A DNA stretch of 64,000 nucleotides from an uncultured Gemmatimonadaceae bacterium (GTDB lineage: Bacteria > Gemmatimonadota > Gemmatimonadetes > Gemmatimonadales > Gemmatimonadaceae). Position 1 is the stretch's first letter, and every line of letters starts with the position of its first letter. The stretch covers positions 224,001 to 288,000 of the forward strand of contig CAWAGQ010000008.1 of NCBI GenBank assembly GCA_963781585.1, written 5' to 3'. Below, piece by piece: positions 19,889 to 29,669 of this stretch. Under the pieces are notes generated by a model. That model was not told the origin of the DNA. It worked only from the letters and a program-made list of their open reading frames with translations, and searched no databases. The translations under genes and the position numbers were made by a program.

Positions 19889-21121
19889 CTATGGCCTGAA
19901 CTTCCCCCGCGCCACTGCCGGAACGAACTTCTCGATGCCCCTCGGGGGAAATGCCAGGGTCTTTCCCTCTTCCGCGCTCTGATACGCGGTCATCAGCAGC
20001 TTCACCACCTCCACGCCGTCACCGAAGGTCAGCCGCGGTTTTTCCTTGCCGAGGAACGCACGCACGAAATGCTGATCCTCGTTGGAATAGCCGTAGGCGG
20101 CCCATTCCTCGGGCACCACCGGCATCAGCCCCACTTCCGCATTCTGCTTCTCCACCAGATCCTCACCCGCCTTGCCCTGCACCTCACGACTGAAGAAGAG
20201 CGACAGGCCGCTGTCCAGTGAATTCCACTTCATCGAGTACTCCGGACCAAGCAGCTCCGCTGACAGACGCAGGCCCGCGCCCACGAAGCTCCAGGAGGTC
20301 GTTGCCTCGCCAATCACGCGGTAGCCGTCGGTGGTGTCGAATTCCACCGTGAGGCTCGCGAAGTCCTCGGCTGGCGCCTTTCGATAGTTCACCTCGGTGC
20401 CCATCGTCTTCTTCAGGCGCTTCACGTACTCGGGCCGCGTCCACTTCAACGACGCAATGTGGCCGGTCACGCGCGCCGGGCGCACCGAGTCCAGGGACTC
20501 GCCAGGCGCCGTCAACAGATGCCTGACGACCAGTGCGGAGTGACACATCATGTCGTTCAGCACGCCGCCGCCCTGCAGCCGCCCCTGCCAGAACCAGGGC
20601 ATGTGGGGCCCCGAGTGCTCCTCGGCTGCCCGGGCCAGGTAGGGACGTCCCGTCGTCGCCGCTCCGCGTGACCAGAGCAGCGCCTTCCCTGCCTCGATGT
20701 GCGGCGCGAAGAGCTGATTCTCCAGATATCCGGTCACCAACCCCGCGGACTCCGCGAGTCGCCGCACTTCCACTGCTTCCCGCACGTTGCGCGCGAGTGG
20801 CTTCTCGCAGGCAATCGCCCGCAGTCTCCCGCGGCCACGTTTGATCGTATCGACGATCTCTTCCACGTTCTCTACCCGGACGTGGTTCGGACCACATAGC
20901 CAGATCGCCTCGATCGCGGGATCCGCCACCATGCTGGCGATGCTCGCGAACGGCTTTGCGTCCCCCACATCCAGGTCGCGGGCGAGTCGGGCGGCCGCCG
21001 CCGCGCGCTTGGCGTTCGGGCTCCAGACGCCGCGGATGTCCGCGTCGCGCACGCCGCGCCATGCCTTGAAATGAAACTGCGCGTTGAAGCCCGAACCGAT
21101 GAAGCCGACGCCGAGAGTCAT
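19889..21121 (-). CDS. Gfo/Idh/MocA family oxidoreductase
   Basis: 'LGVGFIGSGF', 'CEKPLA' and 'GGGVLNDMMCH'. Confidence 0.92.
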   Translation of the reverse strand: MTLGVGFIGSGFNAQFHFKAWRGVRDADIRGVWSPNAKRAAAAARLARDLDVGDAKPFASIASMVADPAIEAIWLCGPNHVRVENVEEIVDTIKRGRGRLRAIACEKPLARNVREAVEVRRLAESAGLVTGYLENQLFAPHIEAGKALLWSRGAATTGRPYLARAAEEHSGPHMPWFWQGRLQGGGVLNDMMCHSALVVRHLLTAPGESLDSVRPARVTGHIASLKWTRPEYVKRLKKTMGTEVNYRKAPAEDFASLTVEFDTTDGYRVIGEATTSWSFVGAGLRLSAELLGPEYSMKWNSLDSGLSLFFSREVQGKAGEDLVEKQNAEVGLMPVVPEEWAAYGYSNEDQHFVRAFLGKEKPRLTFGDGVEVVKLLMTAYQSAEEGKTLAFPPRGIEKFVPAVARGKFRP

Positions 21122-21360
21122 TGGGATGGTTGGTGGTGATGGCCGCGAAGCCCGGGATACGCTCTGCCACGAACATGTCGCCCTGGAGACCCGCCGAGAA
21201 GACGCACTACCCAAGGACAGCGCCGGCTGTGCGTCGTGCGCGCTCCACATCGCGGCGAGATCGTCCTCAGCATCCACCCTCGCTCAAGTACCCAATCGCA
21301 GCGTCGCGTCGTACGCTGGAGTGGTGATTCCCTGGAACTGGTCGCCGCAGGACGGTCCGT

Positions 21361-22248
21361 TCAGGGAGGTGGCAGTTGCAGAACGACGACCGTTACGTTG
21401 TCCTTGCCGCCCCGTTCCAGGGCGAGGTTGAGCAGATCGCGGGCAATCACCTCTGCTTTTCCGCCGGCCTTGAACCGGGTCAGAAGCTCGTCGTCGCTGA
21501 CGTGCCGCGTGAGCCCATCCGTGCAGAGCAACACACCATCGCCCCACTCGATGTCGGTGACCGCGAGCTCCGGCTCCAGCTGCGGACTCCCCAGGGCGCT
21601 CACAAGGACGTGCTTCCAATGCGTCGCCTCCGCCACTTCCTTCTTCATCACGCCCGAGTCGACCATCGCCTGAGCCATGGTCTGATCCGTGGTCAGACAC
21701 TGAAGCGTCTCACGACGGAAGCGGTACGCTCGGCTGTCGCCCACATTGATGAGAAACCACCGGGGCCAGAAGCCCATCAGCATCGTGAACGTGGTGGCGT
21801 TGGACCCCGGTGCCTCCGGCTTCGTATCGCCCCGCAGTACCTCGTGCGCCTTCAGCACGAACGCGCGCATCCGTTCCGCCACTTCGGCTTCGCGAGCGGG
21901 GTCGGTCTGCATCGAGACCTCTCCCATGTCCAGGATATGCTGCGACACCTCGCGAATGGCCTGCGCACTCCCTTCCGCTGCGTCCGCCAAGGCACCCACT
22001 CCATCGGCCACGAGCATCAGGAAGCCCCGCGTATACGTTGAGAGCGACGGGAACGAGCCCGCGTCGATGCTTGACGAGACCACTTCCATCGCACGGTAGA
22101 ACTTTGCCACCAGGAACTGGTCAGCGTTGCGCGGCCGGACCTTCCCGGGATGGGTCAGACCAAAGACGTCGGGCTCGTGTGGTAGCGGCTTCTGCATGGG
22201 CAGTCTGCTGCGCCTGCTCGTCTCGGCGGCGGGTGCGAAGGTCTTCAT
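21361..22248 (-). CDS. PP2C-family Ser/Thr protein phosphatase
   Basis: 'THPGKVRPRNAD', 'VADGVG', 'VGDSRAY', 'LCTDGL' and 'GKDNVTV'. Confidence 0.9.
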   Translation of the reverse strand: MKTFAPAAETSRRSRLPMQKPLPHEPDVFGLTHPGKVRPRNADQFLVAKFYRAMEVVSSSIDAGSFPSLSTYTRGFLMLVADGVGALADAAEGSAQAIREVSQHILDMGEVSMQTDPAREAEVAERMRAFVLKAHEVLRGDTKPEAPGSNATTFTMLMGFWPRWFLINVGDSRAYRFRRETLQCLTTDQTMAQAMVDSGVMKKEVAEATHWKHVLVSALGSPQLEPELAVTDIEWGDGVLLCTDGLTRHVSDDELLTRFKAGGKAEVIARDLLNLALERGGKDNVTVVVLQLPPP

Positions 22249-22901
22249 GGTCGGCGGTCTCCCGGCGGACGATCACCACCGACAGCATGGCGCGCGGAGC
22301 CGTCGCGCGCCAGAGTGGGAACGCCGTCCATGTTGCGGCCCGCGGCCGAGCCCGCCCTTGGCAGCCGGTTGTTGCGGGGCGGTGTGGAGTCATGTCGCAC
22401 CACCACCAGGTGGCCCGAGAGCGGCACCTCGGCGTCCACCCACTCCGCCCGCCAACGAACGCAGACCTGCCGCGCGCCGCGCGTAGTGTACTGGTCGCAT
22501 ACGTCCTTCCGCTGTCGCGTCATGATCGTGGTGCGCCAGGTACTGGCGCGCGTGGGATCCCTCAGGCTGATCGTGTACACGACCCGCTGAAATCCCTTCG
22601 TCCCCTCGCAGAGATACCGCGCTGCGACCGTCGGATCCGACGCCTCCCCCTCCGAGGTCGGGCGACACGAGCCATCCGACGCCTCGAAGACAACCACCCT
22701 CCCACCGATGATGAATCGGCCATGAACTTCGCTTCGGTCCATGAATGCCACGAAATCGAATGACCCCCGTGAGCTCCCCGGGTCGCGCCCGGGCGGAGGC
22801 GAATGATGACAACCGAGGCCGGCACACAGGACGAGGGCCAGGGGCGCAACCATCGGACCAGCCGCCTGGCGGGCTGCACACTGGTCATTCTTGAGAAACA
22901 C
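22245..22901 (-). CDS. Hypothetical lipoprotein (start uncertain)
   Basis: Lipobox-like 'LCAGLGC'; stop overlaps the PP2C start (ATGA coupling). Confidence 0.5.
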   Translation of the reverse strand: MFLKNDQCAARQAAGPMVAPLALVLCAGLGCHHSPPPGRDPGSSRGSFDFVAFMDRSEVHGRFIIGGRVVVFEASDGSCRPTSEGEASDPTVAARYLCEGTKGFQRVVYTISLRDPTRASTWRTTIMTRQRKDVCDQYTTRGARQVCVRWRAEWVDAEVPLSGHLVVVRHDSTPPRNNRLPRAGSAAGRNMDGVPTLARDGSARHAVGGDRPPGDRRP

Positions 22902-22914
22902 GAGTCGGTCTGGT

Positions 22915-22975
22915 CTGCTATCACCCGTCAGTGTTCAGCGCGGCCAGTGGTCAGCTGTCAGCGCCGCCAGCTGAC
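22915..22975 (-). repeat. Degenerate heptamer tandem repeat (GCTGAYN-like), intergenic
   Basis: Minus strand: gctgaca gctgacc actggcc gc gctgaac actgacg ggtgata gcagacc. Confidence 0.55.
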
Positions 22976-23014
22976 GTCGCGAAGCCTGTGAGCAACGAAC
23001 CATGAGCCATTCCC

Positions 23015-24037
23015 TCAGCGCTCATTCAGCAGCGCTTTCGGCACCATCATGTGCACACCGACGTTCCCATCCACCAGCTCCGTGATCCGGAGATCGGCCG
23101 CGATGCTCGCGAGCTGATACGCGGCCATCTGCGTCAGGTCCTTCTTTTCCATCAGGAGCTTCACCATCTGGTCGATGGCAATGCGCGTCGCCTTGGTGAG
23201 CGACGTATCAGTCCCCATTGTGATCCAGTGTGTTGGTGTCTCTGCGCGGGGCCAGTCCAGCTTCATGTCCTTGCGCACCGTCAGCTGCAGCCGCCCGCGA
23301 AGGCTGGTCTCGATCGCCGTCTGGTCCACCTCGCCGTCGCCCTGCGCGGCGTGCCCGTCTCCGACCTCGAACAGAGCGCCCTTCACGAAAATCGGGATGT
23401 AGAGCGTCGTCCCCGCCACCAGCTCCTTGTTATCGAGATTCCCCGCGTGAGTACTTGGAGGGTTGCTGCTCATCCGGCCCAGGCTCGCGGCCGGCGCCAC
23501 CCCCATGCTGCCAAAGAACGGGTGCAACGGCACCTCGATACCCGGGGCGAACATCCCCACCTTTCGCTTGGCATCCAGCCGGATGATGCGGGTCGCTGTC
23601 GGATCTCCGCGCACGCACAGGTCACGCGCGAAGCCGCTGCAGCCGTTGTACCCATACGGGATCTTGAGATCGATCGAGACGATCCTGACCTCGAGCACGT
23701 CGCCCGAGTCGGCCCCCTCCACGAAGATCGGACCGGTCAGGATGTGGCCTCCGGGTCCGCGCGCGCTCCCGGTCACCTGGGTCACGATGTCTCGCAGCTC
23801 CTGCTCCACCTCGGCCGGTGGTACTCCGGCGGCTTCCAGCCGATTCGGTGAGTTCGTGAGCATGGTGGTGACATCGACCAGATCGCCTGAGGCGATGGTC
23901 AAAGCAGGCTTCGCTTCTGACCAGTAATAGCCGTAGGCCACCGTCTGCGGCGTCGCTGGAAGTTTGTGGACCTTCTGCGCGGCACCCCTGACGAACGGCA
24001 GGCCCATCATGGCCACGCACATGAAGTACCGGATCAT
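23015..24037 (-). CDS. Acetamidase/formamidase family protein, secreted
   Basis: 'GHILTGPIFVEGA..GDVLEV', 'PFFGSMGVAP', 'GNLDN' and 'GDGHAAQGDGEV..TAIE'; signal peptide. Confidence 0.9.
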   Translation of the reverse strand: MIRYFMCVAMMGLPFVRGAAQKVHKLPATPQTVAYGYYWSEAKPALTIASGDLVDVTTMLTNSPNRLEAAGVPPAEVEQELRDIVTQVTGSARGPGGHILTGPIFVEGADSGDVLEVRIVSIDLKIPYGYNGCSGFARDLCVRGDPTATRIIRLDAKRKVGMFAPGIEVPLHPFFGSMGVAPAASLGRMSSNPPSTHAGNLDNKELVAGTTLYIPIFVKGALFEVGDGHAAQGDGEVDQTAIETSLRGRLQLTVRKDMKLDWPRAETPTHWITMGTDTSLTKATRIAIDQMVKLLMEKKDLTQMAAYQLASIAADLRITELVDGNVGVHMMVPKALLNER

Positions 24038-24368
24038 ACCGAAGCCTCTCCTGTCGCATACGGACTCGTGCTCGATCATACCGCACACCCGACGCCGGCG
24101 CCATTTGGCGCCCCCTGTTCCTCCCCACCCCCCCCGGGCTTGCCGTCGACCTTGGCACGGGGCGACCGGCACCGGCGTCCGGTCAGCCAGCGTCCGGCTT
24201 GCTGCCACGGCCCATTCCAGCAAGCCCTTCCCCGCCTCCCCCTCCCCCCTTCCCCCCTCCCCCCTCGTCGCCACCCACTGGCGGATTGCGCTCGCGCCCT
24301 AACATTTCAGGGACATCAACATCGTCCACGGCGGCTTTCGCGCCGCCTTCATTCCGGAGTGACACCGT

Positions 24369-24857
24369 ATGCGACGTACCGCACTGTTCCTGAGCGTGGC
24401 GGCCCTCACGCTCGCGTCCACCACTGCTATTCATGCGCAGGCCGCGAATTTCGCGGGCACGTGGACCATGGTTCCTGATCCCAATGCAGCGGGTGGTGGT
24501 GGTCGAGGGGGGCGCGGCGGACTGGGTCAGGAAGTCACAATCGCGCAGGACGCAAAGACGCTTACCATCACGCGCACCACGCAGGCGGGTGAGGTCAAGA
24601 GCGTCTACAATCTCGACGGTTCCGACAGCAAGAACACCATGAGCATGGGTGGGAACTCGGTCGATCAGATGTCGCAGGCCAAGTGGGATGGCAGCAAGCT
24701 TGTCATCAACTCGAGCATGCCGATGGGCGACACGGAGAGGAAGACGTCGATGACGTTGTCGCTCGATTCCTCGGGTAGCCTCGTCGTGGAATCGACGTCA
24801 CCCGGGCGTGGCGGCGGCGACCCGGTGACCAGAACGTCGACCTACAAGAAGAGCTGA
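24369..24857 (+). CDS. Secreted hypothetical beta-rich protein (lipocalin-like) with GGRGG loops
   Basis: GGAG RBS; signal peptide 'AIHA-Q'; 'NFAGTW', 'YNLDGS' and 'AKWDGSKLVI'. Confidence 0.75.
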   Translation: MRRTALFLSVAALTLASTTAIHAQAANFAGTWTMVPDPNAAGGGGRGGRGGLGQEVTIAQDAKTLTITRTTQAGEVKSVYNLDGSDSKNTMSMGGNSVDQMSQAKWDGSKLVINSSMPMGDTERKTSMTLSLDSSGSLVVESTSPGRGGGDPVTRTSTYKKS

Positions 24858-24878
24858 GCACAAAGTCGACACGTACGA

Positions 24879-24915
24879 GGGCCCGGTGCCGGACGGTACC
24901 GGGCCCCCTTGGTAT
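24879..24915 (+). terminator. Probable intrinsic terminator
   Basis: gggcccggtgcc-ggac-ggtaccgggccc hairpin followed by ccttggtattt. Confidence 0.65.
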
Positions 24916-25023
24916 TTCTCGCCGCGTAGTGGCGGCACGATCCCGCTTCCGCGCGAGGACGACTCGGCGGTGTACGGTGCTGTGGCACCAGCATCCTCCA
25001 GGACCCCGCGACCCTCCGCCCCG

Positions 25024-25992
25024 CTAATACCGGTCCAGGTCCCTGGCCACCACCACCCGGCCGCGATACCCGCCGCGCCTCACGCCGGCAATCAGCTCGT
25101 CAGGCGTACCTCCCATCCATACAACGTGAGTGAGTACCACCAACCGCGGCCCCGCTTGTGCCGCCAGCTTCCCTACCTCCACGTCCGATGTGTGAAATGA
25201 CCGCATGTAGAGCGGCCAGTCTTCCCCGCCCGGTCGCTGCTCTCCTTGTAGCCGCGATTGGGGATAGACCTCGTGGACGAGCACGTCCACTCCAGCGGCT
25301 GCCTTCGCGAGCGCCTCACTGTAGCGCGTGTCGCCCGAGATGACGATGCTTCGACCCCGGGTGTCCACGCGATACGCGAAGGCGTACGGCCAACTGCCGT
25401 GTTGAACCGCGATCGCCGTCACCCGCACGCCGGCGCTGTCGTACACCACACCGCCCCTCACCTCGTGCACCGTGACGCGATATCCTCCCGGTGCATCGTG
25501 CTCGAGTCCAGTCACACGAATGAGGGTGTCCTCGGCCCACGCCGCGATCAGAAGATCGGTCATGCGCTGCAGTCCCGGCGGACCGTATACCGCAAGGGGC
25601 ATGCGCCGTCCCATCACCCACGACGTGAAGATCAGATCCGGATAGCCGAGCGTGTGATCGCTGTGGAGGTGCGTGATGAAGGCGGCCGTCACGCCATCGA
25701 TGGGAAGTCCGGCCGCGGCTATCCGGCGCATCACCCCCGGCCCGGCGTCGAACAGGAACACGCGGTGTCCCACCACCACGGCTGTCGCCGGACCCGAGGC
25801 CGCCGGATCGGGGACCGGCATCCCCGTCCCCAGCATCACCACGACCGTACTGTCGCCTCCGGGCATCGGCGGGCCACCAGGGAAGACCCGCTGCGCGCTT
25901 GCTTGCCCGGTGGCCAGGGTCAGCATCCCGAGCCAGGCCAGCCGCGCCCCGCGCCGACCCCGCCTCCACAGAGTGCCCCGCCCGATTGTCAT
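25024..25992 (-). CDS. MBL-fold metallo-hydrolase (RNase Z/arylsulfatase-like), secreted
   Basis: 'MLGTG.P', 'FDAGPG', 'THLHSDH', 'SGDT', 'LVHE' and 'LTH'. Confidence 0.88.
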   Translation of the reverse strand: MTIGRGTLWRRGRRGARLAWLGMLTLATGQASAQRVFPGGPPMPGGDSTVVVMLGTGMPVPDPAASGPATAVVVGHRVFLFDAGPGVMRRIAAAGLPIDGVTAAFITHLHSDHTLGYPDLIFTSWVMGRRMPLAVYGPPGLQRMTDLLIAAWAEDTLIRVTGLEHDAPGGYRVTVHEVRGGVVYDSAGVRVTAIAVQHGSWPYAFAYRVDTRGRSIVISGDTRYSEALAKAAAGVDVLVHEVYPQSRLQGEQRPGGEDWPLYMRSFHTSDVEVGKLAAQAGPRLVVLTHVVWMGGTPDELIAGVRRGGYRGRVVVARDLDRY

Positions 25993-26008
25993 CGGAGATC
26001 CTGTCCCG

Positions 26009-26617
26009 TTAGGCACCCGGATAACGAACCCCCAGCTTGCGCAGGGCGGGTGCGGGACAGCCGTTCCACACGGTGGCGGTATTCCCGATGTAACCCAGGT
26101 CCTGCACGCCGATTCGGCTCGACCAGAACCCGGACGCCGTAAAATCCCGGAACCGGGAGAAGAACCGGACACCAGCCTCCATCCCGGCGGGCGCTCGCTT
26201 CGGCCAGGCAATATCGTCGAGAACCGCCTTCCGCTGCGCCGATGTGCATGCCGCAAACGACTGCCCGGATCGCTTCACGCACTCGCTGTCGAGCCAGGCC
26301 AGGCCCTCGTGCATCCACCGCTGCATCGACGAGCGGTCGCCGAGAATGAAATCCATGAACTCCGGCACACCGGCGTCGGTGGCGCTCCCGGATCGCGCAT
26401 CACGCGGAATCACCAGGTTCACCAGGATGCGCACTGTCCGCCATTCGTCCGCCGAAAAGTTCTTCGGCTGATACGCCTGGCCACGTCGCGCCAGCGTCTC
26501 CAGCGTGTCGCGTGTGAGCCCCGCCGCCCGATCGATATCGAGCGCGCTCACCGCGAAGTCGGCCAGCGATGCCGCCGCCAGGAATTTCAGTACATCGCGT
26601 CTCGTGACGTCATCCAT
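26009..26617 (-). CDS. Gluconate 2-dehydrogenase subunit 3 family (LacC-like) protein with Tat signal
   Basis: 'TRRDVLKF' twin-Arg; 'SATDAGVPEFMDF'; 'GFWSSRIG..DLGYIGN'. Confidence 0.9.
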   Translation of the reverse strand: MDDVTRRDVLKFLAAASLADFAVSALDIDRAAGLTRDTLETLARRGQAYQPKNFSADEWRTVRILVNLVIPRDARSGSATDAGVPEFMDFILGDRSSMQRWMHEGLAWLDSECVKRSGQSFAACTSAQRKAVLDDIAWPKRAPAGMEAGVRFFSRFRDFTASGFWSSRIGVQDLGYIGNTATVWNGCPAPALRKLGVRYPGA

Positions 26618-26649
26618 GCGGTTGAACCCTCTGGCCCTTGGCCTCCTGT

Positions 26650-28344
26650 CTAGACCTCTCCCGCCTTGCGAAGCTCCATGATTCGATCCGCGGTTCGCAT
26701 CGCCAACGCCAGAATCGTCCAGGTGGGATTCTTGTCCGCTTGTGACACAAACGGCCCGCCGTCCGCCACGAACAGGTTCTTGCAGTCCCACGCCTGCGAC
26801 CAGGAATTCACCACCGACGACTTCGGATCGCTCCCCATCCGCACCGTGCCCAACTCGTGGATGATCGAGCCCCCGGTGCTGATGCCGTATCCACGCTCCT
26901 GCGACGGCATCGGGGAGAACACTTCGCCGCCCATCTCCGACACCAGCGCGCGGAACGTCTCCTGCATGTGTTTCACCTGGTTGATCTCGTAATCGCTCCA
27001 CTTCCAGTGGAAGCGCAGCACCGGGATTCCCCAGATATCCGTGCGCTCGGGATCCAGCTCGCAATAGCAGTCCTCGCTGGGAATCTGCTCCCCGCGGCCG
27101 GAGAATCCGATGGTGGAGCCGTAGTAGCGTCGATATTCGTTCTTCAGCGACGCGCCATAGCCGCCACCCGGTTCATACCGTTCGATCCCCCCCATGAAGC
27201 CGTACGACGGCACACCCAGTCCGCCCCACACTTCGATGTGATAGCCCCGCGGAAAATCGAGCTTCTTGTTGTCCACCCACCACGGCATGTAGATGTGCCC
27301 GCCACCCACGCCATCGCAGTTGTGCGGCACATGATCCATCAGCTTCGGAACGAAGCCTGAGACGTCTGTCCCTGTGGTGTCGGTCAGATATTTCCCCACT
27401 ACCCCGCTCGAGTTTGCCAGCCCCTGCGGAAACGCCGACGACTTGGAGTTGAGCAGCAGGCGCGCCGATTCACACGCGCTCGCCGCGAGCACCACCACCC
27501 GCGCCCGTACCGTCCGGTCGCGCCCTGACGTCTTGTCGATGTACGACACGCCCGACGCCAGCCCGCGATCGTCAACCGTGACCTGGTGAGCCATCGCGTT
27601 CGTGATGATCTTCAGGCGTCCGGTCTGCATCGCCGGAAAAAGCAGCACGTTCGGGGACGTGAAGTTCGAGTTCGTCATGCACCCGCGATTGCACTCGCCG
27701 CAATAGTGACACGGCGCCCGGCTGCCTAACGGCTTGGTGATGATCGACAGTCGCCCGGGGATGCACCAGATCCCCAGCTTGTCGGCCGCCTGCTTCACGT
27801 ACAGCTCGTAGCACCTGGGCCTCGGCGGTGGCTGGAAGATTCCGTCGGGATGATTCGGCAGGTTCTCCCGGCTGCCGAAGATGCCGATCAAACGGTCGAT
27901 CCGGTCGTAGTACGGCCGGACATCTTCATACGTGATCGGCCAGTCCTCGCCCAGACCGTCGAGGCTCTTGCGCCGGAAGTCATCCGGTCCGAAACGGAGC
28001 GAGATGCGTCCCCAGTGATTGGTGCGTCCGCCCAGCATCCGGGCGCGCCACCACGAGAAGTTCGTCCCCTCGGCTCGCGTGTACGGCTCCCCCTCCACCT
28101 CCCAACCGCCGATGCACGCATCGAACTCGCCGAACGGACGCTCCGGGGTCGAGGCGCCGCGGCGCGGAGACTGGTACGGCCAGCGAAACATCGCGCTGTC
28201 CTTCGTGTTGTCCCACCAGCCACCCGCCTCCAGCACCACCACCCGCGCGCCCGCTTGCGTCAGCCGGTACGCCGCCATGCCCCCGCCGGCACCAGAACCG
28301 ACGATGCAGACGTCGTACACTTCGTTCTGGATGATACCTGTCAT
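26650..28344 (-). CDS. GMC family FAD oxidoreductase (glucoside 3-dehydrogenase/LacA-like)
   Basis: 'IVGSGAGGG', 'LGGRTNHWGR', CxxCxxC 'CHYCGECNRGC', 'IHELGTVRMG' and 'NPTWTILALA'. Confidence 0.93.
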   Translation of the reverse strand: MTGIIQNEVYDVCIVGSGAGGGMAAYRLTQAGARVVVLEAGGWWDNTKDSAMFRWPYQSPRRGASTPERPFGEFDACIGGWEVEGEPYTRAEGTNFSWWRARMLGGRTNHWGRISLRFGPDDFRRKSLDGLGEDWPITYEDVRPYYDRIDRLIGIFGSRENLPNHPDGIFQPPPRPRCYELYVKQAADKLGIWCIPGRLSIITKPLGSRAPCHYCGECNRGCMTNSNFTSPNVLLFPAMQTGRLKIITNAMAHQVTVDDRGLASGVSYIDKTSGRDRTVRARVVVLAASACESARLLLNSKSSAFPQGLANSSGVVGKYLTDTTGTDVSGFVPKLMDHVPHNCDGVGGGHIYMPWWVDNKKLDFPRGYHIEVWGGLGVPSYGFMGGIERYEPGGGYGASLKNEYRRYYGSTIGFSGRGEQIPSEDCYCELDPERTDIWGIPVLRFHWKWSDYEINQVKHMQETFRALVSEMGGEVFSPMPSQERGYGISTGGSIIHELGTVRMGSDPKSSVVNSWSQAWDCKNLFVADGGPFVSQADKNPTWTILALAMRTADRIMELRKAGEV

Positions 28345-28572
28345 GGTGCTCTGAAGTCGCTCGTATCCTGGGTTGGCTGCTGCCCACGGCCAAATCACCG
28401 CGAGCCGCGCGCCATGGCGCGGGGAGCCGGAGGGCTGCTCTCCAATCCTCGCTCATTGAAGCCGGGGACGCTACCCTGAACACCGCCTGTACCACGCCAC
28501 TGCCCGCGCGAATGCGGGCGGCGTCTTCCGGACCGCTCCACGCGCCAAGGTGTTGCCGCCGGCCGCCGCCAG

Positions 28573-29598
28573 TCAGAAAACGATCGAGAGACCGAGACGG
28601 GTCGGCGTCATGATCGGCTCGATCCGGACTCCCCTGGTATCGCCGGATTCTCCCGACCGTCCGGGCTTGAGACGCGTGCGGCCGCGCGCCACCGCGGCAT
28701 CCGCCACCGTGGCCCCGATGCCGATCGCCAGGGGATAGTCGCTAGCCCAGTGGACCCCGGTGTTGACCATGGCGAATGACAGGATCCCCAGCAACGTGTA
28801 CCCCACCGGCCGCACGAACCGGTTCTCCGGATAGTTGCCCGCCACCACCCACACCGTCGCCACCGCGGCCGCCAGGTGACCTGACGGAAACGCGTCGAAC
28901 GCCGGCGTGTTGCGCGAGTAGGCCGCGAGGCTGGGGAACGGACGCCAGCGCCCGCGCGGGACCGTGGCTTCCGACGGCGTCTGCCGCCCGAACGTGTGCT
29001 TCAATCCCTGCGTGATGATACCTAACGTGAAGAGCGACTCGGTGATCTCGCTCGCGGTCCGCAGCGCCCGGTAGTCGTTATGCCACACCCCGACCACGAA
29101 GAAATGCCCCGCCACCGCCATGCTCATCCACCCGTCGCCAAGGAAGTACATCGCCGAAGCAATCGTCGTCGGAAATGGCAGCACTTTCACCCCGGCCACC
29201 ACCAGATTCGCCGACGGATGCGTCGGAGGAATGTCGAGATGCCGCGCCACGTTGCGTGTCTTGTCCAGCACCCATTCGTCGGCCGCGATCAGCCCCAGCG
29301 TACTGGTGGTGATCGCCACCCACCCCCCCACCCGATCACGACGGAAGGCGAGAGCCATCGTCCGCCCTAGCGTCCCGGGAACGTTCCGAAACGCCTGCAG
29401 GCGTCCGGGTCGCGTATACGCAAACCGGCCAAACGCCCCCAGGTCCACCTCCTGGGCCACTCGTGGCCCGCGCGACCCGTTGGGCACCGCACACGGCGCC
29501 GTGGAATCCGCGTCCGGGCAGCTGTCCTGAGCCGCCAGGACCCCCGGTACCAGGATCCAGACCACCAGTACGGGCGCGAGGCGCCGTGCGATACGCAT
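28573..29598 (-). CDS. PAP2 family phosphatase
   Basis: 'LKHTFGR', 'FPSGH' and 'HWASD'. Confidence 0.85.
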   Translation of the reverse strand: MRIARRLAPVLVVWILVPGVLAAQDSCPDADSTAPCAVPNGSRGPRVAQEVDLGAFGRFAYTRPGRLQAFRNVPGTLGRTMALAFRRDRVGGWVAITTSTLGLIAADEWVLDKTRNVARHLDIPPTHPSANLVVAGVKVLPFPTTIASAMYFLGDGWMSMAVAGHFFVVGVWHNDYRALRTASEITESLFTLGIITQGLKHTFGRQTPSEATVPRGRWRPFPSLAAYSRNTPAFDAFPSGHLAAAVATVWVVAGNYPENRFVRPVGYTLLGILSFAMVNTGVHWASDYPLAIGIGATVADAAVARGRTRLKPGRSGESGDTRGVRIEPIMTPTRLGLSIVF

Positions 29599-29669
29599 GC
29601 TGCGCTGTCCTTCAAGGGCCACTGTCGGCAGGCTCGAACGAAAGCGCGGCGACGCCGGAAACGTCAAGC

